From an uncultured delta proteobacterium (GTDB taxonomy: Bacteria > Myxococcota > Myxococcia > Myxococcales > Myxococcaceae), in assembly GCA_963776345.1 (NCBI GenBank), contig CAVZMH010000017.1, positions 96,001 through 160,000 of the forward strand: a DNA stretch of 64,000 bases, given 5' to 3'. The notes beneath the pieces are model-generated. The model did no database searches. It worked only from the letters and a program-made list of their open reading frames with translations, and had not been told where the DNA came from. This document shows positions 43,241 through 53,788 of this stretch, piece by piece (position 1 is the stretch's first letter; every line of letters begins with the position of its first letter). A program made the position numbers and the translations under genes.

Positions 43241-44596
43241 TCAGCCCGGACCGAGCTTGCTCTCCAGCTCGTCCAGCTCCTTCCGGATGCCGGTGTCGAG
43301 CTCGCGCTGCCGCTCGACCTTCCGGACCGAGGAGATGACGGTGGAGTGGTCCTTGTTGAAGCGGGCGGCGATCTCCGGGTACGAGCTCCGGGTCAGCTTC
43401 CGCGCGAGGTACATCGCCACCTGGCGCGCGTGGGACAGCTGCTTCGTCCGCCGGTCGGCACGCAGCTCCTCGACCGCGACCTTGTAGAACCGCGCCGTCT
43501 CGCGCTGGATGTGGTCGATGTCGATCGGTCGCTGCGCGGGGAGGATGTCCCGGAGCACCTGCGCCGCGAACTCCTCGGTCACCGGCTGCCCGGTGAGGCT
43601 GTGCACCGCGGAGATCTTGATCAGCGCCCCCTCGAGCTCGCGCACGTTCTTCTGCACGTGCTTGGCGATGAAGTGGCAGACGTTGTCCGGGAGCTCGAAC
43701 CCGTCGGCCTCGGCCTTCTTCTTGAGGATCGCCACCCGCGTCTCGTAGTTCGGCTCCTGGATGTCGGTGATCAGGCCCATCGCGAACCGGCTCCGGAGCC
43801 GGTCCTCGAGGCCGGGGATCTCCGCCGGCACCGCGTCCGAGGTGAGCACGATGGCCTTCGACATCTCGTGGAGCGCGTTGAAGGTGTAGAAGAACTCCTT
43901 CTGCGTCTCCTCGCGCTTGGCGAGGAACTGGATGTCGTCGATCAAGAGGACGTCGCACTCGTCGCGAAACTTGCGGCGGAAGTCCGTCATCTTGTGATCG
44001 CGGACGCTCTCCACGAACTCGTTGGTGAACTCCTCGGACGAGAGGTAGACGATCCGCGCCCCCGGATTCTTGGCGAAGATCGCGTTGCCCACCGCGTGGA
44101 GCAGGTGCGTCTTCCCCAGCCCCGTTCCCCCGTAGATGAAGAGCGGGTTGTAGGCCCGTCCCGGACTCTCGGCCACGGCGGCGGCGGCGGCGGCCGGGAG
44201 CTGGTTGCTCTCGGCGACCACGTAGTTCACGAAGGTGAAGCGCTCGTTCAGGCGCGGGGGGCGCGGGGCCGAGCTCGAGGCCCGTCCGGCGGTCGCGCCG
44301 CCGTCCGCGTCGGGGTGCGCGGTGCCCACCACCTCGTAGCCGATCCCCATCGGGGTGCCGTGAACGCGCGACAGCGCCTCCTCGAGCAGTGGCCGGTAGT
44401 GGTCGTCCACCCAGTCGCGAAAGAAGCGGTCAGGAACGCCCAGGATCAGCGCCCCGTCCTTCACCTCCATGGCGTACATCCGGTCGAGCCAGGTCAAGGC
44501 GTAGGACTTGCCGTCCTCGCGCAGCAGGGCGAGCGTTTTTTCCCAGAGTGCATCGGCACTTGCGGGCACGGACGACTGCTCGGGAAAAGCCGACAC
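43241..44596 (-). CDS. dnaA: Chromosomal replication initiator DnaA
   Basis: YNPLFIYGGTGLGKTHL, LLIDDIQF, RLRSRF, NVRELEG, RQVAMYL, DHSTV. Confidence 0.98.
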   Translation of the reverse strand: MSAFPEQSSVPASADALWEKTLALLREDGKSYALTWLDRMYAMEVKDGALILGVPDRFFRDWVDDHYRPLLEEALSRVHGTPMGIGYEVVGTAHPDADGGATAGRASSSAPRPPRLNERFTFVNYVVAESNQLPAAAAAAVAESPGRAYNPLFIYGGTGLGKTHLLHAVGNAIFAKNPGARIVYLSSEEFTNEFVESVRDHKMTDFRRKFRDECDVLLIDDIQFLAKREETQKEFFYTFNALHEMSKAIVLTSDAVPAEIPGLEDRLRSRFAMGLITDIQEPNYETRVAILKKKAEADGFELPDNVCHFIAKHVQKNVRELEGALIKISAVHSLTGQPVTEEFAAQVLRDILPAQRPIDIDHIQRETARFYKVAVEELRADRRTKQLSHARQVAMYLARKLTRSSYPEIAARFNKDHSTVISSVRKVERQRELDTGIRKELDELESKLGPG

Positions 44597-44630
44597 GAGA
44601 ACGCGACCTCGGGAGGGGAACGACCGGTCC

Positions 44631-44767
44631 TGTGGAGCAGGGGGCGGGGGGCGTGTTGTACGACTTCCCGCGGTCGTTTGTGGACCAAAAAGGTGCGGGC
44701 CCGGCGTTGCCTCGACGCGCCTGTGACTCGCCGGCGCATTGACTCGAACGCGGCCCCTGGGTTAAGC
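44631..44767. promoter_or_regulatory. dnaA/rpmH divergent promoter region with two DnaA-box-like sites
   Basis: TGTGGAGCA 44631-44639, TGTGGACCA 44679-44687; TTGACT -35-like hexamer at 44739. Confidence 0.5.
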
Positions 44768-44816
44768 GCGCGGCCCTCCTCTCAGTCAGTCGTAGACCTT
44801 CTCGGAGCATCGCCCC

Positions 44817-44969
44817 GTGTCGAAGCGCACGTACCAGCCGTCCAAAGTGAAGCGGAACCGCACCCACGGCTTCCGGAAGCGGAACAGCACCCGCGCGGGG
44901 CAGGACGTCCTCCGTCGGCGCCGGGCGAAGGGGCGCAAGCGCCTGGCCGTGTCCGCGGCCAAGAAGTAG
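44817..44969 (+). CDS. rpmH: 50S ribosomal protein L34
   Basis: Own translation: [50 protein letters not shown]. Confidence 0.98.
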   Translation: MSKRTYQPSKVKRNRTHGFRKRNSTRAGQDVLRRRRAKGRKRLAVSAAKK

Positions 44970-44971
44970 GG

Positions 44972-45322
44972 TTGCCAGAGGCGTTTCCCAGGGAGGCTCG
45001 CCTCCTGAAGCGCCGCGACTTCCTGGAGGTCCAGGAGCGGGGAAAGAAAGTGACCGCCGGGCCGCTGGTGGGCCTGGTGGCGCCGAGCCCGGACGGTGCG
45101 TCCAGGCTCGGACTCACGGTGTCGAGCAAGGTGGGGACGGCGGTGGTCCGGAATGCCGTCCGACGTCGGCTGCGCGAGCTGTTTCGCAAGCGGCGCGACC
45201 GATGGCCAGGAGGAATGTACCTGGTGGTGGTGGCCCGTCCGAGTGCCAGGGAAGCCAGCTACGCGGCGCTGGAGCGCGCCGCGGATGCCCTGCTCGCCGC
45301 ATTGGAGAACCGTCTCCGTTGA
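44972..45322 (+). CDS. rnpA: RNase P protein component
   Basis: [36 protein letters not shown]. Confidence 0.95.
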   Translation: MPEAFPREARLLKRRDFLEVQERGKKVTAGPLVGLVAPSPDGASRLGLTVSSKVGTAVVRNAVRRRLRELFRKRRDRWPGGMYLVVVARPSAREASYAALERAADALLAALENRLR

Positions 45323-45555
45323 AGCTGCTCACCTTCCTGCTCTCCCTGCCCATCCACCTCTACCGGTGGATCCTCTCGCCGCTGCTGCCGCGGGCGTGCC
45401 GGTTCCATCCGTCGTGCTCGGCGTACGCGCTCGGGGCGTTGCATGAGCACGGGCCGTTCCGTGGCTTCCTGCTCGCCCTTCGCCGGCTCGGCCGGTGCAA
45501 TCCCTTCAACCCCGGGGGGCTCGACCCCGTCCCGCCCCGCCCAGGGAGGATCTGA
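45319..45555 (+). CDS. yidD: Membrane protein insertion efficiency factor YidD
   Basis: [28 protein letters not shown]. Confidence 0.95.
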   Translation: MKLLTFLLSLPIHLYRWILSPLLPRACRFHPSCSAYALGALHEHGPFRGFLLALRRLGRCNPFNPGGLDPVPPRPGRI

Positions 45556-45560
45556 ATCCC

Positions 45561-47321
45561 GTGGAGAACGATTCCCAGAAGCGCACGTTCGTGGCCTTCG
45601 GGCTCATCTTCCTGCTGACCGCCGCGTACATGACCTGGTTCGCGCCGAGCCCGGTGCCGCCGCACGCGGACGCGAGCGCGGCCGACGCGGGGACGGTGGC
45701 CACGAGCCCGGCTCCGGTGGCGCCCTCGCCGGGCGCCGTCGAGCCGACGCCGCCCACGCCGCCGTCCAGTGGCGCGCCGCCGGCGGGTCCCGCGGTCCGC
45801 ACGATCGAGGTGGCGCGGAAGCAGATCCACTACGTCTTCTCCACCGAGGGTGCCGGGCTGGTCTCGGCGCGGCTCCAGGGAGACAGGACCCGCGACCAGC
45901 ATCCCCTGACGATTGCCGAGGGCTGGGCGCAGCTCTTCGGCAAGGCCGTTCCCAAGGGGCCGCAGATGAACCTGGCACAGCCCGTACCGGGTGCGGCGCT
46001 GCCGGTCTCGGTGGAGCTGGCCGGTGAGGCCGCCGTCCCGGCGACGCTGCGCTACTCGGTCGAGGAGGGCGATCATCGCCTCACCTTCGTCGGGCGCACC
46101 GAGAGCTGGGAGGTGAGGAAGGAGGTCTCCTGGATCGACGACGGCTTCGAGCTGTCGACCAAGGTGACCCTGCGAAACCTCACCGCGCGCCCGCTCTCCG
46201 GTGAGCTGGTGCTCCCGTACTCCCGGGCGATCGACCCGGCGCACGAGGAGAAGCCGAGCTTCTTCGGCGGGGTGGGCAACGTCTCCGACTCGGCGTGCTT
46301 CGTGAAGGACGCCTACGAGCACGAGACGGTGAAGGACAAGAGCGAGACCAAGGAGCTCACCGGTCCGGTCCGCTGGGTGGGCATCAACCAGCAGTACTTC
46401 GTCTCGGCCATCTTCCCGGTGGGCACGGCGGTCGAGGGGAAGTGCGTCCTCACCACCTCGCCGACCGAGCGGATCGCGACGGCGCGCTTCCCGGTCCAGG
46501 TCGCGCCCGGCCAGTCGGTGACCCGGGCCTTCGGCGCGTTCCTCGGCCCGAAGGAGACCGATGCGCTGGCCGAGGTGCCCAAGCTTGCGGCGAACCGCGC
46601 TCCGGACACCAACGCTCCGGTGCACCTCGAGCGCGCGGTCGACTACGGGATCTGGGCCGCGCTCTGCAAGCCGATGCTGTGGTTCCTCAAGTTGATCCAC
46701 GGGGTCGTCGGCAACTGGGGCGTGGCGATCATCCTCCTCACCGTGGTGGTGAAGGTGCTCCTCATCCCGCTGACCCACCGGGCGATGGTGGGCCAGGAGG
46801 CGATGAAGAAGCTCCAGCCGAAGATCGAGGAGCTGAAGAAGAAGTTCCCGGGGGACAAGGAACGGCAGCAGATGGAGATGATGAAGGCCTACCAGGAGGC
46901 GGGCGTGAACCCCTTCGGGTCGTGCCTGATGCTCCTGGTCCAGCTGCCGGTGTGGGCCGCGCTCTTCACCACGCTGCGGAACACCTACGAGCTGTACGGC
47001 GCGCCGTTCACCTCGCACTTCCTCACCGACCTGACGATCAGGGACCCGACCTATCTGCTCCCCGTCCTGCTGGGCGTGTCGCAGATCATCACCAGCCGCC
47101 TCATGCCGCCGGCCCTCGATGCGGCGCAGCAGCGGATGATGGTGTGGTTCATGCCGATCTTCTTCACCGTCATCATGCTGAACTACCCGGCGGGGCTCCT
47201 GCTCTACATCTTCACCAACAACATCCTGACGGTGGCGCAGCAGGCGGTGTTGCGGAGGATGGTTCAACGCGGAGGCCCCTCCGCCGCGCCGCTGAAGCCC
47301 GCGCTGGAGAAGCGGAAGTGA
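45561..47321 (+). CDS. yidC: Membrane protein insertase YidC
   Basis: NWGVAIILLT, MKKLQP, GVNP, QLPVW, PAGLLLY. Confidence 0.96.
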   Translation: MENDSQKRTFVAFGLIFLLTAAYMTWFAPSPVPPHADASAADAGTVATSPAPVAPSPGAVEPTPPTPPSSGAPPAGPAVRTIEVARKQIHYVFSTEGAGLVSARLQGDRTRDQHPLTIAEGWAQLFGKAVPKGPQMNLAQPVPGAALPVSVELAGEAAVPATLRYSVEEGDHRLTFVGRTESWEVRKEVSWIDDGFELSTKVTLRNLTARPLSGELVLPYSRAIDPAHEEKPSFFGGVGNVSDSACFVKDAYEHETVKDKSETKELTGPVRWVGINQQYFVSAIFPVGTAVEGKCVLTTSPTERIATARFPVQVAPGQSVTRAFGAFLGPKETDALAEVPKLAANRAPDTNAPVHLERAVDYGIWAALCKPMLWFLKLIHGVVGNWGVAIILLTVVVKVLLIPLTHRAMVGQEAMKKLQPKIEELKKKFPGDKERQQMEMMKAYQEAGVNPFGSCLMLLVQLPVWAALFTTLRNTYELYGAPFTSHFLTDLTIRDPTYLLPVLLGVSQIITSRLMPPALDAAQQRMMVWFMPIFFTVIMLNYPAGLLLYIFTNNILTVAQQAVLRRMVQRGGPSAAPLKPALEKRK

Positions 47322-48022
47322 CCGACTCGCAGGTGGCGGTGGCGGTGGGAGCCGTGGACGAACGACGGGCGCAGGCGGTGTCGGTGCTGGAGCAGCTGCT
47401 CCGGGCCATGGATCTGCCGGCGACGCTGGAGGCGAAGGACCTCCCGGACGGGAGCGTGAGCATCGCGGTGACGCCGACGGTGGAGCTGCCGGGCGTGGCG
47501 CTCGGACGCCGCTCGCCGCTGGGGGACGCGCTGCAGTACCTGGTGAACAAGCTGGTGAACAAGCCGGGCCAGGAGCGGCGGTGGATCGCGGTGGGCCTCG
47601 GAGGGCATCCGGAGCCGCGCGGGTCGAAGCCGGCGCGTGCGCCCGTGGTGGCTGCTGCTCCGGTGAGCAACGGGAGCGCCTCGGCGCCGCCGGTCCATCT
47701 CTCTGCGCCGCCTCGACCCGCCCCCGTCGCTCGTGGGTCCGAGGCGGACGAGCGGACGCTGGTCGCGGAGGAGGACCCGGGGTTCGACTCCGCCGCCCGT
47801 GAGCTCGCGGCGCGGTCCGCGAGCTCGGGCCGCGTCTACGCGGTGGTGGCGCTGGGTGCGATGGAGCGCGGAAGGCTGCTGAAGGCCGCCGACGCCGTGC
47901 CGGGCGTGAGCGCCCGTGCCGAGGGCGAGGGGCGCCTCCGGCGCCTGGTGCTGACGCCGGACAAGCTGGTGCCGATGCCGCGGCAGCGGCTCCCGGTGGA
48001 CGACCATCCGGACGAGGACTGA
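47318..48022 (+). CDS. Jag/EloR (KhpB)-like KH-R3H protein, degenerate
   Basis: Position after yidC; DALQYLVNK; GVSARAEGEG..RRLVL. Confidence 0.75.
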   Translation: MTDSQVAVAVGAVDERRAQAVSVLEQLLRAMDLPATLEAKDLPDGSVSIAVTPTVELPGVALGRRSPLGDALQYLVNKLVNKPGQERRWIAVGLGGHPEPRGSKPARAPVVAAAPVSNGSASAPPVHLSAPPRPAPVARGSEADERTLVAEEDPGFDSAARELAARSASSGRVYAVVALGAMERGRLLKAADAVPGVSARAEGEGRLRRLVLTPDKLVPMPRQRLPVDDHPDED

Positions 48023-48026
48023 GCTC

Positions 48027-48257
48027 GTGGGAGGACCCGGGTTGGGAAAACCGAAGGGGCTCAAGGACCGGCTGTTCGGAGCCGCGGTGCTGAAGATGAG
48101 CTTCCGCCTCCGTGGCGACGAGCAGTCGCCGGCGTTCAAGGGCATCTACCCAGGCGTGCTGCGGGATCTCGAGCTCGAGGACGAGGCGGTCGAGAAGTAC
48201 ATCGAGGAGCACCGGGGCGCGGTGGAGGCGGCCGCGCGCGGCAAGCCGGCGCCCTGA
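48027..48257 (+). CDS. Small hypothetical protein
   Basis: 76-aa ORF directly after the jag-like gene; alternative TTG start at 48042. Confidence 0.7.
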   Translation: MGGPGLGKPKGLKDRLFGAAVLKMSFRLRGDEQSPAFKGIYPGVLRDLELEDEAVEKYIEEHRGAVEAAARGKPAP

Positions 48258-48515
48258 CCGCCCGAGCCGTCTCGGCCGGTGCGTCGCGGAGGCTGGCCGA
48301 GACCTCGACAGCGTTCGAGCTCGCCCCGCATGACTCGTCTCGCGCGCCGGAGATTCCAGGCTCGCGGCCCGTGGCCAGGAGCTGAGCCGTCGGGTCGCCG
48401 GTGGTGCATCCGTCCCAAGTCCGGGAGGGTCTTCCCACGGGCGGGACGTCTCGTGTGGCGCTCCTCGCCTTCTACGGGTGTCGTCGCTGGCACGGATCTG
48501 GCGTGACCGGGTGGC

Positions 48516-50939
48516 ATGACCGGCTGGCTCGCAGACGTTCGTATTGCCCTCCGCCTTCTCCGTCGACGCCCGGGCTGGACCGCGTCGGTGCTCTGCACCC
48601 TCGCCCTGGCGATCGGCGCGAACTCGGCGCTGTTCAGCGTGCTGGACTCGGCGCTGCTGCAGCCGCTGCCGTACCCCTCGCCGGAGCGGCTGGTGCTCAT
48701 CGAGGAGACCGCGCCGTCCTTCGACCGGTTGTCGGTCAGCTATCCGGACTACCTCGACTGGCGGGTCCGGACCCGGTCGTTCGAGCAGATGGGGGTCTAC
48801 CGGGGCGCGGAGGTCAACCTGACCGGCGTCGGCGCTCCTCGGCGGGCGCGGTCGATCGAGGCCTCGGGCACCTACTTCACCGCGCTGGGCGTCCCGCCCC
48901 TCGTCGGGCGCACCTTCGACGAGGAGGAGGATCGGCCCGGAGGAGCGCCGGTCGCCGTGCTCGGGGAGGACCTGGCCCGGCGGCTCTTCGGAGGCCCCAC
49001 CGAGGCGCTCGGCCGGTCGCTCCAGGTCGACGGCAGACCGTCGACCATCGTCGGGGTGATGCCCCGCCACTTCCGGGTCGATGGACGCCCCGAGATCTGG
49101 GTCCCGGTCGGCCAGCAGATGGTGGGTCGCACGGCCGAGCGCGGGAACCACCCCGGGCTCACCGCGGTCGCGCGCCTGAAGAAGGGCGTCCCGTACGGCG
49201 AGGCCCGCCTGGAGCTCGATGCCGTCGGTCGGGCGCTCCAGGCCGAATATGCGCAGAACCGCGCGACGCTCCCGCGGCCCAACCCCATGCATCAGCTGAT
49301 CACCCAGGACGTCCGGGGCTCGCTGTGGCTCCTGATGGGGGCGGTGATCCTGGTGCTGCTCATTGCCGCGGCCAACGTCGGCAGCCTCCTGCTCGCCCGG
49401 GGCACCGGTCGGCTGCGCGAGCTGGCGATCCGCGGAGCGCTCGGTGCGGGGCGGGCCCGCCTCGTCCGGCAGCTCCTGGTGGAGAGCCTGGTGCTGGCGA
49501 TCTTCGGAGGGGCGCTCGGGCTCGTCCTCGCCGGCGTGGCGATGCAGGTCCTGGAGGCACACCGGCCGTCGTCGCTCCCCGACCACGTGGCCCTCGCCCT
49601 GAACCTCCGGGTGCTGGCGTTCACGCTCGGGGCCTCGGTGGTCTGCGCCCTCCTGTTCGGGCTGGTCCCGGCGCTCATCGGGGCGCGGACCGAGCTCCAC
49701 GAGGCGATGCGGCAGGGGGACGCCCGCATGTCCGGAGGCCAGCACCGGCTCCGGGTGGTGCTGGTGGTGGCCGAGGTGGCGCTGGCGCTGGTGCTGGTCG
49801 TCGCGGCGGGGCTCACCTCCCGCGCGCTGGCGAGCCTGCTCCGCGTCGACACGGGCTTCGACGGGCGCGGCGTGCTCACCTTCCGGCTCTCGGTCCCCGA
49901 GGCGCGGCAGCGGACGCCCGCCGACCTGAGGAACTTCTACCAGCGGCTGGTGGAGGAGCTCCGGGCGGTGCAGGGAGTCGAGGAGGCGAGCTACTCGGCC
50001 ATCCTGCCGCTCGACTGGCACTGGGAGACCTCGTTCCGGAGCGATGTCCAGCCCGAGCTGCCGCCGGAGAAGACGCAGTTCGCCTCGTTCGGCATCGTCT
50101 CGCCCACCTATGGCCGCACGCTGGGGCTCGACCTCGTCGCGGGCCGGTGGTTCGAGCAACGCGACGACCGGGAGCATCCGAATGTGACGGTGATCGACGA
50201 GCGGCTGTCGCGCGAGTTCTACCCGGAGGGTGCCGTCGGACGACGCCTGCTCTCCGGTGACGGAAAGACAGTTCGTGAAATCATCGGCGTGGTTCGCCAC
50301 GTGGCGGCCTACGGCGTGGTGGGCCCGGAGCCCGCCCGGCACCAGTTCTACGTGACCTCCGAGCAGCTGCCGGAGGACGCCTACGTGCGGAATCTTCGCT
50401 CGGTGAACGTGGCGGTCCGGAGCCGGCTGACGCCCGAGGTGCTCCGCCCGCTACTCGTGCGGACCGTCGCCCGGCTCGACCCGGAGCTTCCGGTGTACGA
50501 GATGCGGACGGTGGAGCAGCTCCTCGGCGATTCGGTGGACGCGCAGCGGTTCGCGACGCTGCAGCTGGTGCTCTTCGCGCTCCTGGCCCTGGTGCTCGCG
50601 GTGGTCGGGCTCTACGCGGTGCTCTCCTACAGCGTGGCGCAGCGTACCCACGAGATCGGGATTCGGATGGCGCTGGGGGCGGCGCCGAACGCCGTGCTCC
50701 GCGAGGTGGTGGGGCAGGGTCTCGCCTGGGCTGGTCTGGGACTCGGGGTCGGGCTGGTCGGCGCGTTGGCGACGGCCCGGCTGCTCCGGAGCGTGGTGGA
50801 GGGTGTGCGCCCGCTGGACCCGGCGGTGTATGCGGTGACGGTGCTGGGCTTGCTGGTCTGCGCGGCCTTCGCCTCGTGGATTCCCGCGCGTCGAGCCGTC
50901 CGGGTGGATGCCTCGGTCGCCCTGCGGGACGAGGGCTAA
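48516..50939 (+). CDS. Duplicated MacB/FtsX-type ABC permease (ADOP-like)
   Basis: TLALAIGANSALFS, RELAIRGALGAGRARLVRQLLVES, RTHEIGIRMALGA. Confidence 0.93.
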   Translation: MTGWLADVRIALRLLRRRPGWTASVLCTLALAIGANSALFSVLDSALLQPLPYPSPERLVLIEETAPSFDRLSVSYPDYLDWRVRTRSFEQMGVYRGAEVNLTGVGAPRRARSIEASGTYFTALGVPPLVGRTFDEEEDRPGGAPVAVLGEDLARRLFGGPTEALGRSLQVDGRPSTIVGVMPRHFRVDGRPEIWVPVGQQMVGRTAERGNHPGLTAVARLKKGVPYGEARLELDAVGRALQAEYAQNRATLPRPNPMHQLITQDVRGSLWLLMGAVILVLLIAAANVGSLLLARGTGRLRELAIRGALGAGRARLVRQLLVESLVLAIFGGALGLVLAGVAMQVLEAHRPSSLPDHVALALNLRVLAFTLGASVVCALLFGLVPALIGARTELHEAMRQGDARMSGGQHRLRVVLVVAEVALALVLVVAAGLTSRALASLLRVDTGFDGRGVLTFRLSVPEARQRTPADLRNFYQRLVEELRAVQGVEEASYSAILPLDWHWETSFRSDVQPELPPEKTQFASFGIVSPTYGRTLGLDLVAGRWFEQRDDREHPNVTVIDERLSREFYPEGAVGRRLLSGDGKTVREIIGVVRHVAAYGVVGPEPARHQFYVTSEQLPEDAYVRNLRSVNVAVRSRLTPEVLRPLLVRTVARLDPELPVYEMRTVEQLLGDSVDAQRFATLQLVLFALLALVLAVVGLYAVLSYSVAQRTHEIGIRMALGAAPNAVLREVVGQGLAWAGLGLGVGLVGALATARLLRSVVEGVRPLDPAVYAVTVLGLLVCAAFASWIPARRAVRVDASVALRDEG

Positions 50940-51616
50940 ACGCCGGATTTCCGGTAGGTCAGCAGCGTCCGGCCGGCCCCGGTGAGGGGGAGTCGCAGAC
51001 GGTCGACGGAGGGCCCTGTCCATCCGGGAAGCAGGGCTCCAGGCGCGTCGGTGCCGCCCATCACGACCAGGGTGCCCCCGGGGCGTACATACGGCGTCGC
51101 AAGGGCGGCCCATCGGGTGGGCTCGGTGAGGGCGCGCGACACCGCCACGTCGAAAGGCGCGAGGCCCTCGGCCACCGGATTCCCCTGGAGCGTCAGGTGG
51201 ATGGCCCGGACGCGCGGCGCGAGCCCGAGCTGGGCGATGGCGTGCTTCAGGAAGCCGACCTTCTTGGCGACGGCGTCGACCAGGGTGACGGACAGGTCGT
51301 CGCGGACGATGGCGAGCGGGAGGCCCGGGAAGCCGGCGCCAGACCCTGCGTCGAGCAGCGTCAGGGGTCCGGGGTCGAGGGCCCGGAGGACGGTGAGGGA
51401 GTCGAGAATGTGCTTGTCCGCCATCTCGATCGGATCGAGGATGGCGGTGAGGTTGATGCGGGAGCTCCACCGACCGAGCTCGCCTGCCAGCCATGACAGC
51501 GCGTCCGCCTGGGCGGCCGAGAGAGGCAGCCCGAGAGCGCGGCTCCCCTCCAGCAGCATTCCAGAAATCGCTGGTTTCTCCACAGGCACGGGTAGACCCA
51601 CCGTCTCCAACTCCAT
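50936..51616 (-). CDS. rsmG: 16S rRNA m7G527 methyltransferase
   Basis: INLTAI, HILDSL, DAGSGAGFPGLPL, KKVGFL, VSRA; start uncertain. Confidence 0.95.
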   Translation of the reverse strand: MELETVGLPVPVEKPAISGMLLEGSRALGLPLSAAQADALSWLAGELGRWSSRINLTAILDPIEMADKHILDSLTVLRALDPGPLTLLDAGSGAGFPGLPLAIVRDDLSVTLVDAVAKKVGFLKHAIAQLGLAPRVRAIHLTLQGNPVAEGLAPFDVAVSRALTEPTRWAALATPYVRPGGTLVVMGGTDAPGALLPGWTGPSVDRLRLPLTGAGRTLLTYRKSGV

Positions 51617-51897
51617 GAAAGCACTTGGGGAAGCCGCTGGCACGTTGTTTTCCCCAGGTCTCCCACAGCGCGCGCTGCGGCGCCCTCAGGGCGGTGCTGC
51701 AGGTCGCGGCGGGCTGGCGAGCGGTCGGCCACTTGCACGCCCCTGTCGTGACGGACCCGGTATCCCCCCAAACGGCCGGTCGGATTCTCTGCCACGAGTC
51801 GCCACGAAATGCCAGTGGCCCTGTTGGGTCGGAGAGACACGCGCAGGCGCTCCCGGTGCCCCGATCCCGCTACCGGACAGCGAAAGGCGAGAGTCCC

Positions 51898-51913
51898 CGT
51901 TCCACGTGAAACA
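51898..51913. promoter_or_regulatory. parS site
   Basis: CGTTCCACGTGAAACA vs consensus TGTTTCACGTGAAACA, about 105 bp upstream of parA. Confidence 0.88.
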
Positions 51914-52019
51914 CCCCGGCACCACGCCCAAGCAGGCGACCGGCCGGGCCCGAAGTTGCCCTGTCATCCCGCCGTGCTACGCCCGCATCCAGTCGCACTG
52001 AACGCGTGGAGGGCGACCC

Positions 52020-52808
52020 GTGGGACGTGTCATCTGCATCTCGAACCAGAAAGGCGGGGTCGGCAAGACCACCACCGCCATCAACCTCGCGGCGAGCCTG
52101 GCCTCGGCCGAGCGCAAGGTCTTGCTGGTCGACATGGACCCCCAGGGCAACGCCGGCAGTGGCCTGGGCCTCAAGCGGGAGGCGATGAACGGGACGGTGT
52201 ACGACGCGCTCCTGGGCGACCGGCCAATGGCCGAGCTGGTCCATCCGACCGAGCTCCGGTTCCTGCAGGTCGTCCCCTCCACCCCCGACCTGACTGGCGC
52301 CGAGATCGAGCTGGTCACCCAGCCGCGGCGGGAGTTCCGGCTCCGCGAGGCGCTGCGCCCGCTGGTGCCCGACTACGACTACATCATCCTCGACTGCCCC
52401 CCGTCGCTCGGTCTCCTGACCTTGAACGCCCTCACGGCCGCTGATTCGGTCCTGATTCCGCTCCAGTGCGAGTACTACGCGCTCGAGGGGCTCTCCCAGC
52501 TCATGCAGACCGTCGAGCTGGTTCGGCGGGGGCTGAACCCCTCGCTGACGACCGAGGGCATCCTCCTGACGATGTTCGACGGCCGGGCGAACATCGCCCA
52601 CCAGGTGGCCAGCGACGTCCGGGAGTACTTCAAGGACCTGGTGTTCGAGTCCGTGGTTCCCCGGAACGTTCGCCTCTCGGAGTGCCCCAGCTTCGGAAAG
52701 CCGATTCTCCTGTACGACATCAAGTCGAAGGGCTGCGAGAGCTACCTCGCCCTGGGACATGAGATTCTGCGCCGCAACCAGGGTCCGACCGATTGGCGGG
52801 CCGCCTGA
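52020..52808 (+). CDS. parA: Chromosome partitioning ATPase ParA
   Basis: [33 protein letters not shown]. Confidence 0.97.
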   Translation: MGRVICISNQKGGVGKTTTAINLAASLASAERKVLLVDMDPQGNAGSGLGLKREAMNGTVYDALLGDRPMAELVHPTELRFLQVVPSTPDLTGAEIELVTQPRREFRLREALRPLVPDYDYIILDCPPSLGLLTLNALTAADSVLIPLQCEYYALEGLSQLMQTVELVRRGLNPSLTTEGILLTMFDGRANIAHQVASDVREYFKDLVFESVVPRNVRLSECPSFGKPILLYDIKSKGCESYLALGHEILRRNQGPTDWRAA

Positions 52809-53701
52809 TGACCGCTCCTGTCATGCCCGGCCCCTCCGACCGCACCCCGAAGCGCGCGCTCGGCCGCGGGCTTTCGGCCCTGATTCCGCAGGCCTCCGTC
52901 CCCGTCCAGGGGGACCTGCCGTCGTCCACCGGCATCGTGCGCATCCCCGTGGAGCGCATCGTGCGAGACCCGGCACAGCCCCGGAAGACGTTCGACGAGG
53001 CCAAGCTCCGGGAGCTTGCTGAGTCAATCAAGACCCAGGGCGTCATCCAGCCGGTCCTCGTCCGGCGCGACGGAGCGGACTACCGGCTCATCGCGGGCGA
53101 GCGGCGCTGGCGGGCCGCCCAGCTCGCGGGGCTCCACGAGGTTCCCGCGGTCATCCGTGACGTCTCGGCGGCCGAGGCGTTCGAGCTGGCGCTGGTGGAG
53201 AACCTCCAGCGCACCGACCTCAACCCGCTCGAGGAGGCCGAGGGCTACCGGCGGCTCATCCAGGAGTTCGGGCTCACGCAGGACCAGGTCGGCGAGCGCG
53301 TGGGCCGCGACCGGACCAGCGTGGCCAACGCGCTCCGGCTGCTGCAGCTGCCCGACGGGGTGAAGGAGCTCCTCGCCTCGGGAGCGCTGGGGATGGGCCA
53401 CGCGCGAGCGCTTCTCGGGATGGGCACGGGGCCCGAGCTGGTGACGGCGGCGGAGCGCATCGTCCGCGAGCAGCTCTCGGTGCGAGAGACCGAGCGCATC
53501 GTCCGCACCACGCGTGCTCCGTCGCGCACCTCGTCGCGCCCGACGGCGGGCAGCACCGCCGCCCGGGCCGTGGTGGAGGACCTGCAGCGACGGCTGGGGA
53601 CCAAGGTGCGACTCCACGACCGCAGCGGCAAGGGGACGCTGGAGATCGACTTCTTCTCGTACGAGGACCTGGAGCGTATTCTCGCGCTGCTGCGGCGGTA
53701 G
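52808..53701 (+). CDS. parB: Chromosome partitioning protein ParB
   Basis: [33 protein letters not shown] overlap. Confidence 0.97.
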   Translation: MTAPVMPGPSDRTPKRALGRGLSALIPQASVPVQGDLPSSTGIVRIPVERIVRDPAQPRKTFDEAKLRELAESIKTQGVIQPVLVRRDGADYRLIAGERRWRAAQLAGLHEVPAVIRDVSAAEAFELALVENLQRTDLNPLEEAEGYRRLIQEFGLTQDQVGERVGRDRTSVANALRLLQLPDGVKELLASGALGMGHARALLGMGTGPELVTAAERIVREQLSVRETERIVRTTRAPSRTSSRPTAGSTAARAVVEDLQRRLGTKVRLHDRSGKGTLEIDFFSYEDLERILALLRR

Positions 53702-53788
53702 GCCGCGGAGCAGAAGGAGCCCGCGCCGCCGCTCGTCGCACGAGCGTCATCCCGGGCTTGGCCTCCAGGACACGGAACGAGGAACCCG

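Noticed and set aside
45360..50342. 1660-aa minus-strand ORF, and similar long ORFs such as 19417..22977 and 36729..39344
   Set aside because: Antisense shadows of real genes in GC-rich DNA; Arg/Pro/Gly-rich with no motifs.
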